From a virus, in the IMG/VR virus record IMGVR_UViG_3300044707_000932, positions 35,073 through 99,072 of that record: a stretch of 64,000 nucleotides of DNA; one strand, given 5' to 3'. Positions within the stretch are counted from its first letter, which is position 1. Each line of letters starts with the position of its first letter. The notes beneath the pieces were generated by a model, which was given only the letters and a program-made list of their open reading frames with translations, was not told the DNA's origin and did not search any database. This document shows positions 24,730 through 33,910 of the stretch, piece by piece. Made by a program: the position numbers and the translations under genes.

Positions 24730-26027
24730 GTAAAAAAGTACGTGAACAAATAGACTACGGGAATTATCCTGAGAGAATGGACCCAAACCTTGAAAGAAAG
24801 TTGGGAAGTCCTGAAAATTTGTATGCTTCTAACCCCGCAATGAAAAAGGGCTCGCAGGACGTTCAAAGATTGACCAGTAATAGATTCAAAAAGGTTGTTG
24901 ATAAGTTAAGACAAGCTAGAGGGTTGGAGAGAATAACTCCTGCGATGGTCCAAAGAATTTACATGGAAGAAATGTCTAAAGTTCCTATGATTGTAGGTAT
25001 TGAGGGTCGTAATAGAGAACAACTTGAAGAACTGGCTAAAAAAGTTTCTTTAGATGAAACAGAAGTACCTGAAGATTGGTTCGAAATTGATGCGAAACTT
25101 AACAGAGAACCTATTGATGTTTCAAATTTCAGATATGAGCCTGAGGAGGATGAAGAAGAGGAAAATGCCGATGAAAAACAAGGAATTGAAATCCCATCAT
25201 TCGAAATCGAGGATTTGACACCACAAGAAGAGTTAGAGTTAGAAAAACACAAAAGAAATATAATCAACGCTATTATTCAGGGTGCGGCTAAAAAGGGTCA
25301 CTACCTTTTTCAAAAACCTGAGGTTAAAGCTGAGTTAGACAGAATTGATAACAGATTATATCCCGCCTACTTGGGAATTATGGCAATCAATGATTTTCTA
25401 TACTTTAGTATGGAACAAATGATTGAAATGATGAGCCAAACAGGAAATGGCGTGGCAGGAAAAGTTGAGTTAGGGGATGCTGGTGATGATGAAGGAGAAG
25501 AAGGTGGTGGAGGTGAGGAATCTCAAGGTCCTGATACAAAAATAATTGCTGAGGGATTAATTTTCCCTATCCTATGTCATGAAATTATTAAAGGAATTAA
25601 AGCCGCAAATGCTAGACATGGATTACCCCAAGACCCTTCTATGAGAGAAAAGGTTAAAGCACAAGTTGACATTTTATCAAACGAACCAATGCAACTCAGA
25701 ATAGGACCTGAGATTGTTGAAAAAATTCGTTTTGCCTTACCGGATGAAATGTTCAGTCCTTCAAACAAGGGTCTAATAAACTGGTTTGAAATTCAGATGT
25801 ACCAAATTCCAGCAAAGGAATTTTTGGAATTAATTGGAAATGCGATTTCAGAAGATGATTCTAAAATCAGAAAAGCCACATCCAAATTCGAAGAAATCAT
25901 GAGAGAGGCACAAAACCTAAAACGTGAGTTCGACGAGTATAAAGAAGATAAGGGAAGTGATGAAGCTGACGATGATGAAAACTTGGATGATTTCTTAGGG
26001 AGTTTGGGTATATCAAGACCCAAATAA
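24726..26027 (+). CDS. hypothetical protein upstream of terminase
   Basis: 433 aa; ATGA-coupled. Confidence 0.85.
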   Translation: MSKKVREQIDYGNYPERMDPNLERKLGSPENLYASNPAMKKGSQDVQRLTSNRFKKVVDKLRQARGLERITPAMVQRIYMEEMSKVPMIVGIEGRNREQLEELAKKVSLDETEVPEDWFEIDAKLNREPIDVSNFRYEPEEDEEEENADEKQGIEIPSFEIEDLTPQEELELEKHKRNIINAIIQGAAKKGHYLFQKPEVKAELDRIDNRLYPAYLGIMAINDFLYFSMEQMIEMMSQTGNGVAGKVELGDAGDDEGEEGGGGEESQGPDTKIIAEGLIFPILCHEIIKGIKAANARHGLPQDPSMREKVKAQVDILSNEPMQLRIGPEIVEKIRFALPDEMFSPSNKGLINWFEIQMYQIPAKEFLELIGNAISEDDSKIRKATSKFEEIMREAQNLKREFDEYKEDKGSDEADDDENLDDFLGSLGISRPK

Positions 26028-26035
26028 TCCACCCC

Positions 26036-27796
26036 GTGACAAAAGAACAACTTATTATAGAGGTTACAAAGTGTATGAGAAATACACCTTATGCCCTTAG
26101 GACATACTTACAGACCTATGACAACACGGTATCGAAGTATGTACCTCTTGACCTCTTCCCCGACCAAGTTAGTCTCATCGAGGACTATGACAACTTTAAT
26201 GAAAACATAGCCCTCAAGTATCGTCAGGCTGGTGTGTCTACAGTAACCGCTGCTTGGGCGTCAAAAAAATTAGTTTTTGCCAAAAAACAAAAACCTGAGA
26301 AAATTCTAATAATTGCCAACAAATTGGATACATCCGTTGAGATGGCCAATAAAGTTAGAGGTTTTACGGAGCAATGGCCCTCGTGGGTCGGTGCGGGATT
26401 CTCCGCTGAAAAAAACTCTCAAAGACACTTCAAACTAACGAACGATTGTGAAGTGAAAGCTGTTGCTACCTCCAAAGATGCCTTACGTGGTTATACACCA
26501 ACAATTCTAATTTTCGATGAGGCAGCGTTCATTGAGGCAGATAATGACTTTTGGTCTGCGTGTATGGCCTCACTTTCTACGGGTGGTAAAGTAATTGTAA
26601 TTTCAACACCAAACGGTTACGACCCAATCTATTATGAAATTTACGACCAAGCACTCAGAAATATGAACGAGTTTAAAATCTCTGAGATGTTTTGGTACAG
26701 AGACCCGAGATATACTAAAGACCTTTACATGGTTAAGACAAACGACTTAGTTCATTTCTTACTTAATCGTGAAGACTACCCTGAAGACACAGTTGTTGAT
26801 TTATCAGTATCAAACCCATATGAGAGAGACCATTCCATCACAACTGATTATATCCAAAAAGGATATAAACCCTGCTCTGCTTGGTTTGAAGGAATGGTAA
26901 AAAAACTGAAATTCGATAGAAGAAAAGTTGCTCAAGAGTTAGAATGTAATTTCCTTGGTTCTGGAGATAATGTTTTTGAGGCTGAACTGATGCAGACAAT
27001 CGCTAAAAACCAACTAAGGGACCCGTCAGCTAAACTTATGGGGGGTTCCCTCTGGATATTCAAAGAACCAGAAAACGGACACAAATATGTTATGGGTGTC
27101 GACGTTTCGAGAGGGGATTCGGAAGATTTTTCTTGTATTCAAATTATTGATTTTGATACAAGAGAACAAGTTTTGGAATATGTTGGTAAAGTCCCCCCAG
27201 ATGTGACTGCCGAAATTGCTTATAAATGGGGTACCATGTACAATGCTTATTGTGTAATTGATATTACAGGAGGAATGGGAGTATCCACCGCAAGAAAAAT
27301 GCAAGAAATGACCTATGAACCAGGTTTGTATGTTGACAATATAGACCCGACCAAGAAATGGAAATGGGACCCGAAGGCGAATGAAAAAATTCCTGGAATA
27401 AATTTTAATTCCAAAAGAGTACAAATAATATCAAGTTTCGAGGAGGCCGTTCGACACGAGTTTAAAATTTATTCTCACAGATTGTATAATGAGATGAATA
27501 CATTCATCTACATAAATGGTCGACCTGACCATCAAAAAAGTCATCACGACGACTGTATAATGGCGATGTCTATGGCCATTTATGTTGCCGAGAAATCATT
27601 CCAATCTTTACAAAAAGTTGTTAATCATACGAAGGCAATGATTAATTCGTGGGCAACACATGTAAATGAAAACAAAAATAGTTCAGATTTTTTTAATCCA
27701 ATGGTCCCTCAAATGGGAAGACAAAACATGAATCCGAGTCAGGGACCAAGCAAAGCAGACTATATGAAATATGGGTGGTTATTTGGTCCTCGATAA
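26036..27796 (+). CDS. terL: terminase large subunit (T4 gp17-like)
   Basis: LKYRQAGVST Walker A-like, LIFDEAAF Walker B, ISTPNG, QELECNFLGS, MGVDVSRG and HDDCIMA nuclease motifs. Confidence 0.95.
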   Translation: MTKEQLIIEVTKCMRNTPYALRTYLQTYDNTVSKYVPLDLFPDQVSLIEDYDNFNENIALKYRQAGVSTVTAAWASKKLVFAKKQKPEKILIIANKLDTSVEMANKVRGFTEQWPSWVGAGFSAEKNSQRHFKLTNDCEVKAVATSKDALRGYTPTILIFDEAAFIEADNDFWSACMASLSTGGKVIVISTPNGYDPIYYEIYDQALRNMNEFKISEMFWYRDPRYTKDLYMVKTNDLVHFLLNREDYPEDTVVDLSVSNPYERDHSITTDYIQKGYKPCSAWFEGMVKKLKFDRRKVAQELECNFLGSGDNVFEAELMQTIAKNQLRDPSAKLMGGSLWIFKEPENGHKYVMGVDVSRGDSEDFSCIQIIDFDTREQVLEYVGKVPPDVTAEIAYKWGTMYNAYCVIDITGGMGVSTARKMQEMTYEPGLYVDNIDPTKKWKWDPKANEKIPGINFNSKRVQIISSFEEAVRHEFKIYSHRLYNEMNTFIYINGRPDHQKSHHDDCIMAMSMAIYVAEKSFQSLQKVVNHTKAMINSWATHVNENKNSSDFFNPMVPQMGRQNMNPSQGPSKADYMKYGWLFGPR

Positions 27797-27834
27797 CTAT
27801 TTATATTTATCTATTGATAAAGTAACATTGTAAA

Positions 27835-29673
27835 ATGAGTGACCAGAATCTAACCATATGGCAGAGGTTGTCCAAGACATTTGGACCGAATTCTCTGCTT
27901 AATCAGGATTATCCGACCTTCAAATTTGATAAGACCGAACTTCTCAGAACACAGAGCAAACAAGAATATGAGAAAGAAAAATTACAAGCACAACAATCCT
28001 ATTTTCTGGCCAATCAATGGGCAAAAGTAGAAAATAACCTATATTCTCAAGCAATATATTATGAACCATCGAGATTGTCAGCACAATACGATTACGAATC
28101 CATGGAGTATACTCCTGAAATATCTGCCGCTTTAGACATTTATGCTGAGGAGTCTACTACAACAAATGAAGATGGTTTTATCTTACAAATTTATTCTGAA
28201 TCAAAAAGGATAAAAGGTGTATTAGCCGACTTGTTCAATAATAATTTGGACATCAATACTAACTTACCTATGTGGACAAGGAACACATGTAAGTATGGTG
28301 ATAATTTCGTTTATTTAAAATTAGACCCCGAAAGAGGGGTAGTAGGTTGTCAACAACTACCAACAATTGAAATTGAAAGGAGAGAAGTTGGAACAAGTCA
28401 AAAAATTACTGTTGAACCTGAAAGACCTGAAGATAGAAAAGCTCTACATTTCGATTGGAAAAACAAAAATATGACATTTCAATCTTGGGAAATTGCTCAT
28501 TTCAGATTATTAGGTGATGATAGAAGGTTGCCATATGGAACCTCTATGTTAGAAAAAGCCAGAAGAATTTGGAAACAACTTTTGTTATCTGAAGATGCTA
28601 TGTTGATATATCGTACATCAAGAGCACCTGAGAGGAGAATTTTCAAGGTCTTTGTCGGAAACATGAATGACGATGATGTTGAAGCATATGTACAACGTGT
28701 GGCCAATAAGTTCAAAAGGGAACAGATTGTCGACAGTAAAACTGGTCAGGTTGACATGAGGTTCAATCAAATGGCTGTTGACCAAGATTACTTTGTACCT
28801 GTAAGAGACCCTGCTACACCAAGTCCTATTGAAACATTACCTGGTGCTACAAATTTATCAGAGATTGCTGATATTGAGTACATTCAAAAAAAGTTATTGA
28901 CCGCACTTCGTGTACCAAAAGCCTTTTTAGGGTTTGAAGAAGTTGTTGGTGATGGAAAAAACTTATCTCTTCAAGATATAAGATTTGCTAGAACAATTAA
29001 CAGAATCCAAAAAAGTATGTTGCAAGAATTAAATAAAATTGCGATTGTACATTTGTTTTTGTTAGGTTTCGAGGATGAGTTGGATAATTTTACTTTAGGT
29101 TTAACGAATCCTTCAACTCAGGCGGACTTATTGAAAATTGACGTGTGGAAAGAAAAAGTTGCGTTATATAGAGAGATGGTTACTGACCCAGGTAACGGAA
29201 TTCAGGCAACGTCATCTACATGGGCGAAGAAACATATTTTCGGTTGGTCAGATGAAGAGGTTAGATTAGACTTACAACAACAAAGAATTGAAAGAGCTGT
29301 GGGTGAAGAACTGAAACAAACACCTACTGTAATCACTAAATCAGGTGTGTTTGATAACTTAGACAAACTTTACGGTACACAAACAGGTGGAACCCAATCA
29401 CAATCGGCGGAAACTGAAGAGACTCCACCACCACCTTTACCGTTGGGACCTGAAACTGAGACTGCTCCACCACCTATACCTGAGACACCTGAAACCCCTG
29501 AAGCTCCAGCACCTACTGAAGGAGCCGGAATAACTCCCGAGTCGAAGATTAAGGATTTAAATCTTTTAGTAGAAAATGATTTAATAGAAGGGAAGGAATA
29601 CCTTAATTTGGGAGTTGCTCAAGAATCTTTGGGAGAAATTTCGAAAGAGTTAGATAAGTTACTAAATTCCTAA
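27835..29673 (+). CDS. portal protein (T4 gp20-like)
   Basis: EDAMLIYRTSRAPERRIFKVFVGNM, DYFVP.R, IETLPGATNL, ALRVP. Confidence 0.95.
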   Translation: MSDQNLTIWQRLSKTFGPNSLLNQDYPTFKFDKTELLRTQSKQEYEKEKLQAQQSYFLANQWAKVENNLYSQAIYYEPSRLSAQYDYESMEYTPEISAALDIYAEESTTTNEDGFILQIYSESKRIKGVLADLFNNNLDINTNLPMWTRNTCKYGDNFVYLKLDPERGVVGCQQLPTIEIERREVGTSQKITVEPERPEDRKALHFDWKNKNMTFQSWEIAHFRLLGDDRRLPYGTSMLEKARRIWKQLLLSEDAMLIYRTSRAPERRIFKVFVGNMNDDDVEAYVQRVANKFKREQIVDSKTGQVDMRFNQMAVDQDYFVPVRDPATPSPIETLPGATNLSEIADIEYIQKKLLTALRVPKAFLGFEEVVGDGKNLSLQDIRFARTINRIQKSMLQELNKIAIVHLFLLGFEDELDNFTLGLTNPSTQADLLKIDVWKEKVALYREMVTDPGNGIQATSSTWAKKHIFGWSDEEVRLDLQQQRIERAVGEELKQTPTVITKSGVFDNLDKLYGTQTGGTQSQSAETEETPPPPLPLGPETETAPPPIPETPETPEAPAPTEGAGITPESKIKDLNLLVENDLIEGKEYLNLGVAQESLGEISKELDKLLNS

Positions 29674-29695
29674 TATTTATCTGTAAATAAAAAAA

Positions 29696-30394
29696 ATGAC
29701 CTTCGGAATCGTTAAATCGGCAATAGAAAAAAATTTGTTGGAATCTTATAAAAATTCTAATGAGTTTAAAAAATCAATTAGAGAGTTCAAAGAAAATATT
29801 TTGAATCATAAATCCCTTTCGAAAATATATTCTTTGTATGACCAATTATCCACACCCCAAAATCTCTCTGAGAGTGAGGCTAAAGAATTTTTAACTGAAG
29901 GTGTCTCACTTATTCAAAAGTTACTAACCACGATTAAGTTGCCGAAAACTCTTTTGGAAAAAAAGACCAACAACTATTCTGATATTGATGTTTTAGTTTA
30001 TACAAATAAAACGAATTTACACGAAAGACTTCAAGCCAAAAAGAACATAATCAAAGTTCTTAGTTCCGAAAAGACCAATATGAAGGAATCAATTAAGTTA
30101 CCTACAACAAGTATGGTAAAAATTGCTAATCAAACTTTGGAAAATTATATTGATTCAATGGATGATAAATCCAAAAAAACTTTTTTCGAAATTGTAAAAA
30201 AAGATAACGGTAAATTACAAGAAGAATTCAATTCACTCAAGGAAAAAACTTTGTTACAACTTGGTTCCCTTATGGAAAAAGAAAATGAATCAGAATTAAA
30301 AAATAAGATTTCTGAGACTATTGAAAGAATCAAAATAGAGGAGTGTAATCAAATTAATTTTGTGAAGTTATTATCTTTGACTGAGACCCTATAA
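29696..30394 (+). CDS. hypothetical protein of the head module
   Basis: 232 aa; TATTTAT upstream. Confidence 0.85.
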   Translation: MTFGIVKSAIEKNLLESYKNSNEFKKSIREFKENILNHKSLSKIYSLYDQLSTPQNLSESEAKEFLTEGVSLIQKLLTTIKLPKTLLEKKTNNYSDIDVLVYTNKTNLHERLQAKKNIIKVLSSEKTNMKESIKLPTTSMVKIANQTLENYIDSMDDKSKKTFFEIVKKDNGKLQEEFNSLKEKTLLQLGSLMEKENESELKNKISETIERIKIEECNQINFVKLLSLTETL

Positions 30395-30577
30395 TCCTTT
30401 GTTTTTTCTTTCTTTGTATATTGCTTTCAATTTGGAAGTTCTACTAACCACTGACGGTTTTGTATATTCTTTTCTTGCCAACAAGATTTGATTTTGTTTG
30501 GTTTTAATAACTTTGTTTTTTAAAATCTTGAGAGCTTTCTCCAAATTTTCTCCGTTATTTACAGGTATGATTAACAT
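30389..30577 (-). CDS. rpsU: 30S ribosomal protein bS21
   Basis: Start moved to ATG 30577: MLIIPVNNGENLEKALK..K.K...RKEYTKPSVV.R..KAIY, Bacteroidia-type S21. Confidence 0.92.
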   Translation of the reverse strand: MLIIPVNNGENLEKALKILKNKVIKTKQNQILLARKEYTKPSVVSRTSKLKAIYKERKNKGL

Positions 30578-30659
30578 ATATTTTTTATAAGTATACTTTT
30601 GACTGCTAAAAGTTAATATCTTATTTTTATAAAAATAAACTTTTATAATATGAAAATTA

Positions 30660-31091
30660 ATGAAAAAAGGCAAAAGTGTAAAGTTGAACATTTACAATCC
30701 AATCAAGTCTACCTATGGGACAGTAGATTCTAAAAATCTAAAATCAATTTATATTAACATTCAATCTTGGGTTTCACCTAAAACTGACTTGGAAAATTGG
30801 AATAGAATTGTTTGTAATCTAAATAGAGAAATAAAACATTCAGTTTTTTCATCCATTCCTACAGAATTTTTTATGGAAAGGAGTATTGTGGACTTAGATT
30901 TGAGGGTTAGTGGAATTTCACACGGGAAAAAATCATTTTTTAATTTAGAGGTCAACTTGTTTACCAACAAAGAATTGGATTTTAAATCTAACGAATTGAA
31001 AAATTCTGTGAAAAAAATTGTGAGGTCCATTTTTAAAAACAACATATCTAACAACAAATACTTTGATTTTTCAAAGTCCAAGAAAGATTAA
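30660..31091 (+). CDS. hypothetical protein
   Basis: 143 aa; TACTTTTG at 30594. Confidence 0.8.
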   Translation: MKKGKSVKLNIYNPIKSTYGTVDSKNLKSIYINIQSWVSPKTDLENWNRIVCNLNREIKHSVFSSIPTEFFMERSIVDLDLRVSGISHGKKSFFNLEVNLFTNKELDFKSNELKNSVKKIVRSIFKNNISNNKYFDFSKSKKD

Positions 31092-31133
31092 GCGTTACTA
31101 ATGAATTTCGTTATATTTATTTGAAAAAGATAG

Positions 31134-31844
31134 ATGAGAGAATTGAGAATATTGGAGGCACACGAAACAGGTCATGGAATATTGGTTGAGATGGATGCTG
31201 GATGGGTAGACCCAAGAGACTCTAGAAATGTTCCGATTTTGGAACAACAGAATAAAATGGATTATAAAAATCCTTTTGAATTCTATGCCGTCCTACAAAA
31301 ATATAATACACCTAATAGGAATGGACGTTTTTATCCTGAAAAAATATTAAAAAGGGAAGCCGAAAAATATAAAAACATTATATCAAAAGGACTTTCAACC
31401 TCCGAGTTGAATCACCCCGAATCTTCTTTGATAGATTTAGATAGAGTATCTCATCTTATTACTGATATATGGTGGGATAAAAATATATTGATGGGCAAAC
31501 TTAAGTTATTGACATCACCAGGTTTTCATGAAAGAGGTATAGTATCTACCAAAGGAGATATTGCCGCTAATTTGATGAGACAAGGTGTTACTTTAGGAAT
31601 ATCATCAAGAGGAGTTGGTTCACTTAAAAAGGTTGGAGAAAGAAACGAAGTTCAAGATGATTTTGAACTAATTTGTTTTGATTTAGTTTCCTCACCTTCC
31701 ACACCTGGGGCATACTTATTCAATGACATTAATGACAGAGAAAAATACGAGGAAAATTTAGAGGAAGAGAAAAAAGCGAACGGTGTTTCTGTCGACAAAT
31801 CTATTGATTTAATGAAAAAACTTTCCGATTATTTGGGAAAATAA
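31134..31844 (+). CDS. prohead maturation protease (T4 gp21-like)
   Basis: NRNGRFYP, ELNHP, LGISSRGVGSL, FDLVSSPSTPGAY. Confidence 0.95.
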   Translation: MRELRILEAHETGHGILVEMDAGWVDPRDSRNVPILEQQNKMDYKNPFEFYAVLQKYNTPNRNGRFYPEKILKREAEKYKNIISKGLSTSELNHPESSLIDLDRVSHLITDIWWDKNILMGKLKLLTSPGFHERGIVSTKGDIAANLMRQGVTLGISSRGVGSLKKVGERNEVQDDFELICFDLVSSPSTPGAYLFNDINDREKYEENLEEEKKANGVSVDKSIDLMKKLSDYLGK

Positions 31845-31848
31845 TTCT

Positions 31849-32061
31849 ATGGACGAAAAGTATTTTGTAGCAAAAATTCAGTATGATTTACCTGATGAAA
31901 ACACAGGTAAGATTAAAAAAATTCGTGAGGAAAAATTAGTTAAAGGTTACTCAGTAACAGATGTTGAAGCTAAAGTAACAACACGATACAAAGATTTCTC
32001 TCATGATTGGAGAATTACTTCGGTATCCGAAAGTAAAATCGATGAAGTAATCGAAAAATAA
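31849..32061 (+). CDS. small protein, DUF4494-like
   Basis: YFVAKIQY..GKIKKIREEKLV...S.TDVEAKV pattern; family recalled, not searched. Confidence 0.6.
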   Translation: MDEKYFVAKIQYDLPDENTGKIKKIREEKLVKGYSVTDVEAKVTTRYKDFSHDWRITSVSESKIDEVIEK

Positions 32062-32063
32062 AT

Positions 32064-32090
32064 AAAGTGGTCTCTGACCACTTTTTTTTT
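32064..32090 (+). terminator. intrinsic terminator
   Basis: AAAGTGGTC-tct-GACCACTTT plus T-tract. Confidence 0.8.
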
Positions 32091-32160
32091 GTTTATACAA
32101 GTCTGAAATATAATTTTTTATGAAACGGCAATATTTATTAGAAAAATTAGAGTTATTTCT

Positions 32161-33882
32161 ATGCAAGAAAATAAAAACTTAGTACAAGAGGCACTCATTC
32201 AAATGAAAAATGTTGAAGAGGCAATTGCCGAAAACGCAAAAGGAATACTTGCTTCTACAATGAAGGAAGAAATCAACCAGTTAGTAAAAGAATCTCTTTC
32301 TGAACAAGAAGATGAGATTGAAGCAGATGTTGAAATGCCTGCAGACGCAGACATGGATACTGATAACGAGGATGAAATGGAAATGGACATTGATACCATG
32401 GATATGGAGGACGACTCCAATGATATGGAAATGGACATGGAAATCGACTCTGAGGAAAGTCCAATAGATTTGACTGACGCTTCAGATGAGGAAATCTTAA
32501 AGGTTTTCAAAGCTATGAGCGAGGAGGATGGTATCATTGTTAAAAAAGATGGTGAAGACATTCACCTCACAGATAATGATGCTGATACCGAATATTTGGT
32601 CAAACTTGGTGAATCTAAAAAATCAAAAAAATCTATGAACGAACAGTTCGAAGAGGAAGAAATGGGTGTCATGGACACCGAAGATTCATTAGATGACATC
32701 GTTCGTCAAATTTTCGCTAAGAGTGAAGATTCTTCTATTGAAGGAGAAGATGAACTTGAAAGTGAAGAAGAAGATGAAGAAGTCTTTTATGAAATTGAAA
32801 TCGGCGAGGACGCTGATGAAGATGATGAAGACGAAGAAGAAATCGATGAAGCTGAAGACGACGAAGCAATGAACATGGATGAAGCTGAAGACGACGAAGC
32901 AATGAACATGGACGAAGCTGAAGATGATGAAGCTATGAACATGGACGAAGCTGAAGACGACGAAGCAATGAACATGGACGAAGCTGAAGACGACGAAGAA
33001 GAATTCGACGAAGCGATGAACATGGACGAAGCTTACAATCACAAGAAATCGATTAAACCTAAAGGTGTTGGAATCGGTAAAGGTCCTAAATTTTCTTATG
33101 ACAAAACCGCTAAAGGTGGTTTCAAAGAAGAAAAGAAGGAAGGTCCCAAAATGATGGGAACTGGAAAACCAAAATTCGAATACAAGAAGGGTGCTAACAT
33201 GGAAGGTAAATCCAAAAAAATCGAAACCAAAGAAGGTCATCAGGGATACAAAGATAAGGAAGATGAAAAATTAGGTATGAAGCACGGTAAAACCGCAATG
33301 AAAGACCTAAAAGGTTCACATTCCAAAAAAGAAAAATCTCGTAGAGATGATGCTGGTTTCGAAAAGAGAGAAACTAAAGAAGCTGCTAGAACATACGGTA
33401 TGGGTTCTAAAGAAGGAAGAGGTCTCAGAAAGGGCATTTCCAATAATAGAAACTTTGTGTATGGTAAAAACGGTGTAACTGTAGAATCTCTTGAAGTAGA
33501 AGTTAGTATGTTGAGAGAGAAAAACGAAGAATACAGAAAAGCATTGAATGTGTTCAGAGAAAAATTAAATGAGGTGGCAATCTTCAATTCAAATTTAGCT
33601 TACGCTACAAGATTGTTCACTGAACACTCAACAACTAAAAAAGAAAAAATAAATATTCTTAGAAGATTTGACAATGTTGAGACTTTGAAAGAATCAAAAG
33701 GCCTTTATAAGTCAATCAAAGAAGAATTATCTAAGAGTGAAACTAAATCAATCAATGAGTCTGTCGAAAAGAAAATAAATAACACTGTTTCTTCAGGTTC
33801 AGCGACTACCCTAATTGAATCAAAAACTTATGAGAATCCTCAATTCTTAAGAATGAGAGATTTGATGAGTAAGATAGGGTAA
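32161..33882 (+). CDS. prohead scaffolding/core protein
   Basis: Very acidic, coiled-coil C-terminus, between protease and major capsid genes. Confidence 0.75.
   Translation: MQENKNLVQEALIQMKNVEEAIAENAKGILASTMKEEINQLVKESLSEQEDEIEADVEMPADADMDTDNEDEMEMDIDTMDMEDDSNDMEMDMEIDSEESPIDLTDASDEEILKVFKAMSEEDGIIVKKDGEDIHLTDNDADTEYLVKLGESKKSKKSMNEQFEEEEMGVMDTEDSLDDIVRQIFAKSEDSSIEGEDELESEEEDEEVFYEIEIGEDADEDDEDEEEIDEAEDDEAMNMDEAEDDEAMNMDEAEDDEAMNMDEAEDDEAMNMDEAEDDEEEFDEAMNMDEAYNHKKSIKPKGVGIGKGPKFSYDKTAKGGFKEEKKEGPKMMGTGKPKFEYKKGANMEGKSKKIETKEGHQGYKDKEDEKLGMKHGKTAMKDLKGSHSKKEKSRRDDAGFEKRETKEAARTYGMGSKEGRGLRKGISNNRNFVYGKNGVTVESLEVEVSMLREKNEEYRKALNVFREKLNEVAIFNSNLAYATRLFTEHSTTKKEKINILRRFDNVETLKESKGLYKSIKEELSKSETKSINESVEKKINNTVSSGSATTLIESKTYENPQFLRMRDLMSKIG
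32845..33033 (+). repeat. 33-bp coding tandem repeat (DEAEDDEAMNM x4 plus partial copies)
   Basis: GAYGAAGCTGAAGAYGAYGAAGCWATGAACATG units from 32845. Confidence 0.95.
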
Positions 33883-33910
33883 TAAATAAAAAAATAAAAA
33901 ACCAATAAAA

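Noticed and set aside
22470-33587. Many Ser/Phe-rich minus-strand ORFs
   Set aside because: Antisense shadows of acidic, codon-biased head genes
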